The translations under genes and the position numbers were made by a program. From Nageia nagi (Eukaryota; Plantae; Pinophyta): a stretch of 64,000 bases of DNA. Position 1 is the stretch's first letter; every line of letters begins with the position of its first letter. This document shows positions 53,530-64,000 of the stretch, one piece after another. The stretch covers positions 18,724,001-18,788,000 of the forward strand of contig JBITNC010000002.1 of assembly GCA_050084985.1 (NCBI GenBank), written 5' to 3'. The notes under the pieces were generated by a model. It was given only the letters and a program-made list of their open reading frames with translations, was not told where the DNA came from and searched no databases.

Positions 53530-55127
53530 GTTGATCAAATTTGGTTTTGTACAACATAAGATATGGTAAATTGATCATTTTTTTTTATCCATCAATGCAT
53601 TCAAGTATCATTTTGATGCTTTTGATAAAAATTTAGTTACAGTGGTTACAATTGTTGATGATGTTCTTATTAATAAAAAAAGAATTAAAAAACTAAAATA
53701 AAAAAAGTTAAAAAAATCCATTAGATTGAAAAATAGAAATGGCAAACTAGTGAAGCACCAAGTTGAAAACCCTTATAGGAATCTTGGTGATGTAGGTATA
53801 ATAGAATAATGAAGACATTTAAAAGCATTGGATTTCATGAAATACAATATCAAAGGATATATTAAAGGTAAAAAAACTATATTACTAAAGGGAACAACAA
53901 TATTTTCAAGAGGGGGGAAATGATGAGTTGTATTTTTGCCTCATTAATGAGCATTAAATAACTTTGTAACCCTATAATTTGTAGCATTATGAGTGTGTAT
54001 TATGATATTTACTTGCATTATTTATGCTATGTGAATAATGAATAAAGGAGTAATTAAAGACTCCAAAATTACTTTTGAGGACCTAATTAACACTGAAATA
54101 AAGCATAAAGGATAAAGTAGTCTAAGGTTTATACTTTATAGTTTATGGAGTCTCCTACACGAAGCTGCTACAAGAATCTATTACAAAGTATGTACCCTTT
54201 ACTTCAAGAATATTTACAATTAATTATAGGAATGTCTATAGTACAAAAATTATAGGAAGGCTATAGAATACAATGATTATAGGAGTGAATTTAGGATACA
54301 ACAATTACATAAGTAACTTACAAGAATAACTATAGAATACAGTTGATTACATGAATACGTCTACAAGAGAAGATTTAGAAAAGATCAAACTCAATCAACT
54401 AGGAATTCACCCAACTACAAAGTCAAACATGGAATCAATTTTTTAATCATTACTCTTTTTCTATTTTTTAATAAGTGTGTATGGGTTTTCATGACCATAA
54501 AATATATTCTTGTTGGAATTAGATACCAGTAATCTTAGATGGTTATTGACTACAACCATGTACCTTGATTTTATAGTCTTAAAGATTGATTTAGTATTTC
54601 AGATAACCAAAACTAGGGTAATAATAGAAGTAGTTATATTTTAGAATAAAATATACTCTTTTCTCCCATTTGTGAATAAGGATAATTGGAAGAGAAAAAG
54701 GAGCATGTAAGAGCAGAATGTATTATGTACTCCATTTTACTAAAATAAAATTACTTGCAATCTCTATTTATTCTATTTGTTTATTGAATCATTATAAAGG
54801 GGATGGTTATCTCCTCTTAATGCAACAAGTAAGAATCCCCATGTTTGTATAAATAGGAAGGATCCATCACCCATTAGCTAGATAGAAATTAAGGTTTATT
54901 TTATGCAATTCTATGGTTTTCGTAGAACTAGATCTAATTGTAAATGGGTGTATACAACACAAACTTTAGCAAAAAATGTTTACTATCATATATTTATATT
55001 AGAAGGATTTTCTCTCTTCATGAAAAGTGCAAAATTGTAATCTCAACATATTGATCATTCCTAAGAGTTAGACATAATGAGATGTTCATTAGGATAGCTT
55101 AAACACAAACCCTAAACACTCCCATCA
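53530..55127 (+). mobile_element. 3' end of a gypsy element: PPT and ~1.2-kb LTR (53921-55127)
   Basis: PPT AAGAGGGGGGAAA 53908-53920, then TGATG...CATCA termini. Internal ~27-bp degenerate repeats at 54215-54350. Confidence 0.55.
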
Positions 55128-55169
55128 GCCTTAATGATATTTGAATGCTTCTTGGTTTGATAGTAAAAT

Positions 55170-55680
55170 GATGTTATGCATTATCACATCATGTTTATTA
55201 TATTATGTTTATCATATAATTTTTATGATATAATATTTATTATATCATATTTTTCATATCATGTTTATCATATAATACTTTTCATATAAAGTTTTTCATG
55301 TCATGCTTGTCATATCATGTAATGATTTTTATATCAAGTTTATTAAATAATGTTTATTTTAATTATGTTTTGCATATAATGCTTTCTATATCATTTTTAC
55401 ATTATACATATTCATATTATTCTTGTCATATTTTTTATATCATACTTTCCATATCATATCTATCATATCATGCTTATGATTAGTATCTTTGTAAGGGAGG
55501 GTAATACTTATTAAAAATCCATGGCAACATGGTGGTTTGGAGGTATAGGTTTATCACATAAATTGGATAAATATTATCATTAGTATATCTTTAATGGATG
55601 CACATGCTTATCAAAATCCATGGCAACATGGTGGTTTGGAGGTCCAAGTATATCACATAAATTTGTAAGCCCTTATCATT
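55170..55680. repeat. TATCAT-rich low-complexity tract and ~99-bp duplication
   Basis: AAAATCCATGGCAACATGGTGGTTTGGAGGT occurs at 55514 and 55613. Confidence 0.7.
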
Positions 55681-57149
55681 TAGTTGATGCAAAAGGACCA
55701 TCTTAATTATAAACAATCTATTCTCATACTCTTGGTGGGTAATCCACAAAGGACATGTTTGATTTCTTATTTATTATTCTTTAAGATATATTTGTTATAA
55801 AGGTATAATAAATTTAAAAAAAAAAAAACTTATATATTTTTTTTTAAATGCAATGCTTTAGCATATATTTGTTATAAAGGTATGCAAAATTCTTTAAAAA
55901 TAATTAATGGGCTTTATGAAGTGCTATTTTTTAGGATATATTTGTTTAGATGAGCCAATATATTGAGAGCTAAAAAGTATTATATACAATATATGGTAAT
56001 CCCTCATCATTAATTTTATGCAACAAGTCCTCCTTAATAAGATGTGATAACTTCACATCACATTGGTATGTAAGACTCCAAGGATAGGTTTTGCATCTTC
56101 TTCTCTTATGATATTCATATGATACAATTTTTAATATTTATATTTAAGATATATCATGAAAAAATTTATTTTTTAAGATAACTATATGTTCTTTTATCTT
56201 TTCCTTAGGCTTCTCCTATGATAAGAAGTCCATAATGTTAGAATGAAGCCAAAGAGGGAGGTAACATTGGTGAAAATTAGGGTGTCCAAAGATGCCATCG
56301 TAAAGAAATTTTTTAGGGAGTATTTTTCCCTATCTTGTTATACTTTGAATTTATAATTTTATTTTATTTTTTCCAAAAGTATTAAATCATATTCAAAGTG
56401 GGACATATTTTAATACCTAAAAAGGAATTTTCATTTAATTAAAATACCCCTTTTAGTTATCTCTAATAATTCATTTATTTAATTGATTTATTACTCATAT
56501 CATTATGCACACTTATCTACCTTAAAATTTTATGATAATAGGTTAGCAAACATCACCATAAGCCCAAGGAGTCTAGCCTTGACACTAAACCTTATATCTA
56601 TAAGGGTGAAATGATTATGCATGAGAAATCATGATATGATCTGAAATTCTTAATAGGTTGTAATATAATTATGTAATTCTTGACCAATGTTTATCAATGC
56701 CATATATCATTTATGGTTTTTACTATCCACTAAGATATATATTCTTACAATATTTCAACTCATTGCACATAATATTAAAAGCTACAAAGGGATATCGATG
56801 ACATCTAGCACAAGGGAGAGGTAAAGTGGAAAGGTAATCAGACGATGTCATTAAGATCCTAGTGCTACCACTAGGTTGAGGTTGGATTATTGGCTCCATT
56901 AATTAGGGGTTCTCATTGTTCATTATTTTTGAGTTGAATATCACATTTTTTCATTTTCATAGATAAAGTACAAGTTTGTATCTTTTGTTAATATAGGTTT
57001 GATAGGTTTAGGTAAATAAGGTAATTCTCATATTATATATTAATATTATTTACTATTATTTCATTATTTATTAGTTAAATTGAATATTATAAATAATACT
57101 AATTAATTACTATTTTAGTTATAACATCATAGAAAAATTACAACAAAAT

Positions 57150-60100
57150 ATCCTACATAATTTTTAGATTCTTAGGTATCTTTTCCCAAAAGGATTTAAT
57201 GAAATATTTTAATTTAGCTCCAATTATGCTTGATGAACATGATGGGGGTGTGGTACTCAAACTATATTTTTTAAATAGTAGGCTTTAAACATGCCTATCA
57301 AAAATTTATTTCTATGATCTTGATATTGGAATAAATTACATATTTGAAAACTATAATTTAAGTATTACATTATTTTCTAAGTGACCTTTTTGAAGATTCA
57401 AACTCTATGTGCTTAAAATTTTGAGATCAATTGTGACCAAAATTAAAAATAATGGAAAACACTTCCATTGTTTGCCCAAAAGTGGGACTCCTCTTCTTGC
57501 ATTTACCCTTTTCAAAGAGTACATGGGCCTTATGTATATTTCTGAACATAGCATAAATATTGATCAAAACATATTATTTATACATCAAATTATATTGCAT
57601 AATTTTTATGAATAATTAGTTAATGTTACCTTTCATGTAAAATTTTGTATTGTATGTATGTATGCCATTGCATAAGTGTGCAAGAGTATCAATCATATAA
57701 GATAATAATATAGTGTACCTAACTCTTCTTTTCAATATTCTCCTATTCAATGAATTCAAAGCTAAGATAGGATGTTACCTAGCCATGTATTATTCTCATG
57801 TTATGGTCCCTACAAATATATAGAAGTTAAGATATTCAATGAAGTTACATCTCCCTTCCATGTTGAGAAATTGAATCAATTGAATACAAACTATGGTGGA
57901 GTAGAGGAACTAGATGGGATAATTGAGGATTTATAAATAAAAGATGAATATATTGTAATTTTTTTTAAATAGTTGACAAGTGTCTAAACAATTTTACTAT
58001 CATCAATCATGATACTTTTGTACCTTTATTAACAAAGAAAAACTTGAGAGGTTTAGAATTATGGATAATTTGTTTTGATGTAGCTAGACCAAAAAGTGGG
58101 TTTGTTGTTAGTTACTTTTCAACTCTCCTTTAAAAGGCACTAGGAAGTTCTCTGTAATATTCACTTGGGCCTCATAGAAAGTTTTAGTAGCTATTTGTAG
58201 CAAATTGGCTAAAATTTACACTTTTGAACTTCCTCATTTTGCTATATTGGCTTGGTTCGACTTCCCACTAATAGCCTTAATTTTAGGAAATAAAATACAA
58301 AACATTGGTATCTTCATCTTCAAATTATATTATATTTTTATATTTATAAGAATATAATCAATATTACTAAATGGTGTTTTATGAATATTTCCTTGAGTCT
58401 ATAAATGGAGTCATTTATTTCAAGGAATTATTTTTGTATATAAATAATAAGTGATTATTTGCGCATATCACATTCTTGGAATTTGGATTAGCAGAGAACA
58501 ACATTATCTATAATAAAAATTACATGAATTAAGTTACAATTTATAGCCAAGGAAACTAAGATATTTTTTCAAATATAGCCATAGTGTTAAATAGCCATGA
58601 GTCTATAAAATAATTTTTGGGATTTGCTCTTAAAAGTTATTATGTTGGGCTTGCACTAATAATGTAACTGAATATGATGCCCTATGTGTAGGACTAAAAC
58701 AAGTAATTGAAATGGACACCTGATGTATCAAATCACTAAGGATTATAAGTTAGTAATTAATTATATTATAGATAAATATTTATCTAAAATCCATTACATG
58801 AGGTCTTATAGAAACAAGGTGTGGGATATATTTGAAAGTTTTAGTGTTAATAATTACCTAACCATCCTAAGAGATGAAAATGCTAAAGTTGATGCTCTAG
58901 ACTAAAAGGGAGAAAAGTTTGATTTGGTTGAGTATATCCTTATAAATTATGGGGTTAAATAGATGTACAAATGCTTAGTATTAGAAAATGAGTGTTTTTG
59001 GCAAGTGTTCAATAATGATTCACAAATCAACTTATTCTATACATAGCAGCTCATCGATGAACACAATTATGATAAAATATTAGAAAAAATGAGTGAGCAA
59101 GATATTGTTAAATTGCATAATAATTCTATTCCAAAGGATGTTATTTCTTATGGGAATATATTTGAAAAAAATTATCATAATAGGAGAAAAGGAATACAAA
59201 TTGAAGAAAATAATTATTAAGAAATAGTGATATTCCTAAGAAAATTTCTAAAGATAAGGAATCAAAATAGTCTTGAGGAGCTAAGATGAATCATTAAGTT
59301 ATGTAGAGAATTATTTGGTGTTGTAGATTGGTCTTATGACTATCTTAAGGTATACAATAAAAATCTCATTCAACATACCATTGAGCTTAGTAGAAGGTAC
59401 AAAGCTTATTATATAAAATAAAAGACCTATTAGTCCTTTGATTGAGACAAACATGAAATAAGAAGTAATGAAGTTACCTCAAGAATGTATCATCTACCCA
59501 ATAAGACATTCTAAATAGTTGGAAAAATTAGTAATAGTAAGGACAAAAAATGATGACATCCATATCTATGTTGATTTATAGAATTTGACCAAGATATCTA
59601 TAAAATATAATTATCCTTTTCCATGAATGGAATAAATCTTCAACACCATGGCTAAAGAAAAATATTTTTCTATAATTAATTTTTTTTATGGATATAATCA
59701 AGGATGAGTAATAGATGATGATAAATATAAAACTACTTTCACTACCAAGTGGGTTACATTTTCTTTTCATTGTATGCCTTTGAGCAATATTTTAAAGGGT
59801 CATGGAATATGCATTTAAAAGTCTACTTAAATGATATGAATATATTTTGTCGTGAGAAGAAATATCATACCCAACATCTTTGGTAAGTGTTTATGAAATG
59901 TTAAGAGTTTTAGATTTGTTTGAATATGAAGCAATCAATCTTCATTTTCAATGAAGAAAAATAACTCATGCATGTCATCTATAAATAAGGTTGGTCAATT
60001 GATCTAGAAAGGGTAAATGCCATATATAATTTCACTCTTCCTTCAAATAAAACTATATTGCAGTCATTACTCAAATAAAAGTTTTTTGTAAAGATTTTCA

Positions 60101-60235
60101 TTTAGGACTTTACTAGAATAGTAAGACTATTTACTAAGCTACTAAAGAAAGATATCCCATTCATATGGATACTATACAAGAAGAAATCATTTAAAAAAAA
60201 ATAAAATTATCAATAATGATAGTTACAATCCTTAG
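57150..60235 (+). mobile_element. Tat-lineage Ty3/gypsy pol remnant with order PR - archaeal-type RNase H - RT (TatII-like)
   Basis: aRH motifs LWIICFDVA (~58060), ACTNNVTEYDALCVGLK (~58648-58698), KDYKLVIN and RDENAKVDAL (~58870-58900) lie upstream of RT motifs WSYDYLKVY...IQHTIEL (~59330), IYPIRHS, GYNQ (~59690) and DKYKTTFTTKW (~59720). Confidence 0.8.
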
Positions 60236-63200
60236 TGTTAGAATGTATAATGCATATGGTGTTAGGTATCTAGAAAATAATGTAACCTTCCTAATGTTAT
60301 TAACTTAAATAATTTTCTAAGTATTTCAATGAATAAATAATTAAGGAGACTTTCTCCACACACTCCTAATTGTAAGGCATGCTTATCCCTAGGATAATGG
60401 GAAATCTTATCCATTGGATCATGGTGTGTACCTTGGCTATTAAGGTGACCCAAAGTGTAGATTTTTTTTTATAAATAGAGGGATTATCCTCATTGTTATT
60501 CACTCAAGTTTGTAATAGAGAAATGCTCTTATTTTTTTACAAAGATAGGGGAGAAACAACTTTTAGCATTGTAAGAGTTATCTCTAGAAGTAAGTGATTC
60601 TAGCATTAGAGTGGACTACTCTCACCCTTCTGGGAGGAAGCACTATAATTAATTATGTCACTTATGTGAATGAGTTTGTGAGATTCATATCATTGCATTT
60701 ATGCTATTGTGATTATGTTTTTGAAATCTTTCATGAAATCTTGGATAATTAGAAATTTAGTCTAGTTGGCTACTTCTTTCAATTGGTATCAAGAGCTTGG
60801 TGTGAAGGCTCCTCTTCAACATTGTTTTGAAGATTCATCCTACTCCTTCCATCTTATTTGGTAAGGTAAAAGGTTTGTGAAGGTATAGTATTATATCCTC
60901 TTATTTTTTATTTATTCAATTTTGGATTATATGATTATGTTACTAATATTTATTTTTAGTTTTATAATATATTATTACTATAATAAACCATACAAACATT
61001 TTTTGTTAGTTGTAAATGCTTTTAGGAATTTGTTTATAAGTATTAATAATATATTGTAATTTTTTATGGAGATAAGTTTTTGTATTTTTTTTAACAAAAA
61101 TACAAATTCCTTCTTTATCTCTTTAAAAAATTACAATTTGCTTATATAATAATAATAAAAATAAAGGTATTTTTTTATTATTACACAAATATTCAATTTT
61201 TTTGTAAAACATATATGAAGTAGTCCTTGAAATATTATGACAAACAATTAAATTAAATCAAGAGGATATCTTATGCCTAAATAAAGATTTACAATAATAT
61301 GGAATTTTTTTCCAAAAAGATTTATATGAAAAAGAGAGGTATTTGTTTTAGAAAAATGATAAAAACTAAGGAGAACATTACAATTTTGTATTTAAAAAAA
61401 ATAAAAAAATAGATATTTTTTTAGAGAAGGAGGGTATGTGGCTAGCTAGGGTACACAACCTTTCCCTCCTAGAACACACACCTTTGCTAGACTTAGGTTG
61501 GCTTGTAGTCAATTAGGATCATAGTGCCCTTGCCTTAGGTGGGCATGCCACTAACCAGCAGTCATGACCATCTAGCCATAGGAGATCTTGTAGCCCATTG
61601 ATGGTAGGAATCTTATGTCTCTCTTAACTATGGGTAAATTGTAGCCCCAACCGTGGGTTGGATTACAACCCCTCAATAATGGGCATCTCATGGCCCTAGT
61701 TATGGGCAGTCTTGCAGCCCCTAGTAATGGGCAACTTGTGGCCCCAACTAGTTTGTGGCTCACATTCCTTGCTATGGAAAACTCATGGCCTCCATCATGG
61801 GTAGGCTCATGACCCCTTGAGGGGAACCTACAATGCATCCTCTTCTTATGACATTTATACTTCTCAAACCCACCCACCCACTACCACCATGTAGCCTTGA
61901 TGATCTTCTTACTACCTCTTCCAAACTAGCCCCCCTCATGTTTTTGTATTTTTAAATACCCTCACTCCTTAATTTTTAAATTATTAGGGTAATCCCAAAA
62001 TTGAATGCTAAATATTTTATTATAAGCTAAGTTTTGGTGGGTATCCATATCTTCTCCATTAATGTGATAGACTTAATAAGCAAAAGAGGAATTTTTTTAG
62101 AAGAGTTTTGTAAGTTAATTGTTTAAATTAATTTATCTTGCTCAAGAAGGTAACTTAAATGGGGTATGGGAAAATAATTAATGACCATAGGAAGAGTAAA
62201 AAGAAGTATTTATGTAGTATGATGTGTGTGCCCTTTCTTAAGGATCAATTACTAAAAAAAAATTAATATGTTTTTTTAGGATTTAATTTTTGAAAGTAGA
62301 ATAATATTTTGGCATTTTTTAAAGTAAAAAGGGGGCAATTTTATGTAATGCATTTTTACTTAAAATTAGGATTATTTTTTCCTATGAATGCATTTGAATA
62401 AATGATTAATATATGCATTCTAAGAATAAATGACTATTACTTAGATATATGAACATGTTCATTTTGTTGGATGCTTTTTGAGAATAAATGTTCATTTTGT
62501 TTAATTTTTACTATGCTAAAAATATGGCAATTTTGAACATTAAAGGGGGAAGTTAATTTTTCATTTTTTTTACCTTAGTGTTAAAAGTTAATTTCTTTTC
62601 CTAAGGTAAAATTGTAATGATGTTTTTACCTAAGTGTTTTTTAACTATTGAAGGGGAACATTTTTTTGATGTTCATAATTTTAAATAAAAAAGAGAGAGA
62701 CTCCTTTTCTTATTAAACTTAAACATAATGAACTCATGTATTGTAAAGAGGTCCTCTTGGGGTTGGTGAAAAAATCCATTGTACTCTTAGGTTTTACTTT
62801 TTGGATGATGTACCTCTTTTCAAGCACTATGTTTTTATTTTTAAAAAAATTACAAACATTGAATGTATAACTCCTAAAATGAACACATCTACACATATAT
62901 TCTGCAACATGACTTGTTTGAGGAGCCATGAGGGGAGTACAAGGTATATTGGAGCCTTTAGTTGGATGATTTAAATGGTGTAAAGTCTATACTTCTTAAT
63001 TTCTCATAATTCCTTTATTAGTTTAGACATAAATCCATGTAAGTGGAAAGACATATATGTAATGATACCACATTTTTGCACATCCATTTAGGGATTATGC
63101 TAATAACCTAGGAGGGTAACTTAAAACTAAAAGTTGAATTCCTATGTTTAATTCATGTTTGTGATGATAACTTCATCCCTAGGAGGATATTTTGTTGTAG

Positions 63201-64000
63201 TATTAATCTTAAATGTACACCTTTGTGGTTATTTTGTTTTATTTGAGGAACTCATGGTACATTTTAGTTTCTATTATCACTATGTAAGAAATCAATATGT
63301 ATTTGTTGGCACTATTTGGTTATCCATATATGAGTGGTTGATATATGTATATGCTATTTTTATTGTTGATCAATACATATTTCTAATATGCAACAGATGA
63401 CTATGAGTATTATCTTGGCATCTTTGTGATGATTTATAATGCATCATTGATTAGTTTATTGATGGAATTATTTAGTTTAATTATCTTGTGATAGATATGA
63501 ATTTGTATATAATGCCTTGATTATGAGCTACTTGTAGCTTGCATGTTTCATCAATATAGGTTACTTATTTTAGGTGGGCATGCTTATGGAGGCTCATATG
63601 TCAACTTAGTATTCATTGACTATACTTACAGTGAAACTAGTTATGGTTAATTATTGTATTGTAAACTATTTTATCAAATAGTTTAGTAGTGAATCTCAAA
63701 CTAAGATCTTACTTATTTCTAAAAGATGTAAAAGTTCTCATCTTCACTTGTATCTCTTTGGAGGATAACTCTCTCTTACTTTCTTTTTCTTCTTTCTCTA
63801 TGCTCTATCCCAATATTACATTAATGGAGAGTGTTAAAATTTGTAATGTAATATTTCTCTTTAATATAAATTCACTTAATGCTTAAAATATTTTAGATAC
63901 CTTAAAGTATTAATTGAATAAAAATATAAAGAGAAATAAATATAGAAACACCTTTAACCTTACCCTTGGGTTAAAGGGAGGTTAAAAAATGGATTTCTTC
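60236..64000 (+). mobile_element. 5' end of an LTR retrotransposon: LTR 60236-60781, PBS, long non-coding leader
   Basis: TGTTAG...TTTCA termini with internal TATAAATAG (~60469), then TGGTATCAAGAGC (60784-60796, tRNA-Met PBS with 1-nt insertion). Interrupts the TatII RT. Superfamily not determinable. Confidence 0.65.

Overview
Very AT-rich, CpG-depleted plant nuclear DNA, most likely a gymnosperm. That assignment is inferred from a TatII-type retrotransposon domain order and heavy methylation-style decay. There is one intact host gene: a 3-exon R2R3-MYB (39589-41197, +, 457 aa) resembling the MYB93/92/53 and MYB107/9/41 suberin/root-associated group, lying in a CpG-retaining island. Nearly everything else is nested, decayed transposon sequence. 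This includes four Ty1/copia pieces and several Ty3/gypsy elements: a pol-less element with an antisense plant-mobile-domain (PMD) ORF, an internally deleted CRM-like element, and a PR-aRH-RT TatII remnant. There is also an ORF1-only L1-type insertion with TSD and A-tail, a solo LTR, a hAT-type MITE and several tandem arrays. The most notable unexplained signal is a second, non-coding CpG-retaining island at ~7.6-8.6 kb, a candidate distal enhancer ~31 kb upstream of the MYB. Most short ORFs in the supplied track are spurious or TE fragments. All alignments and counts were done by eye; boundaries marked ~ are approximate.
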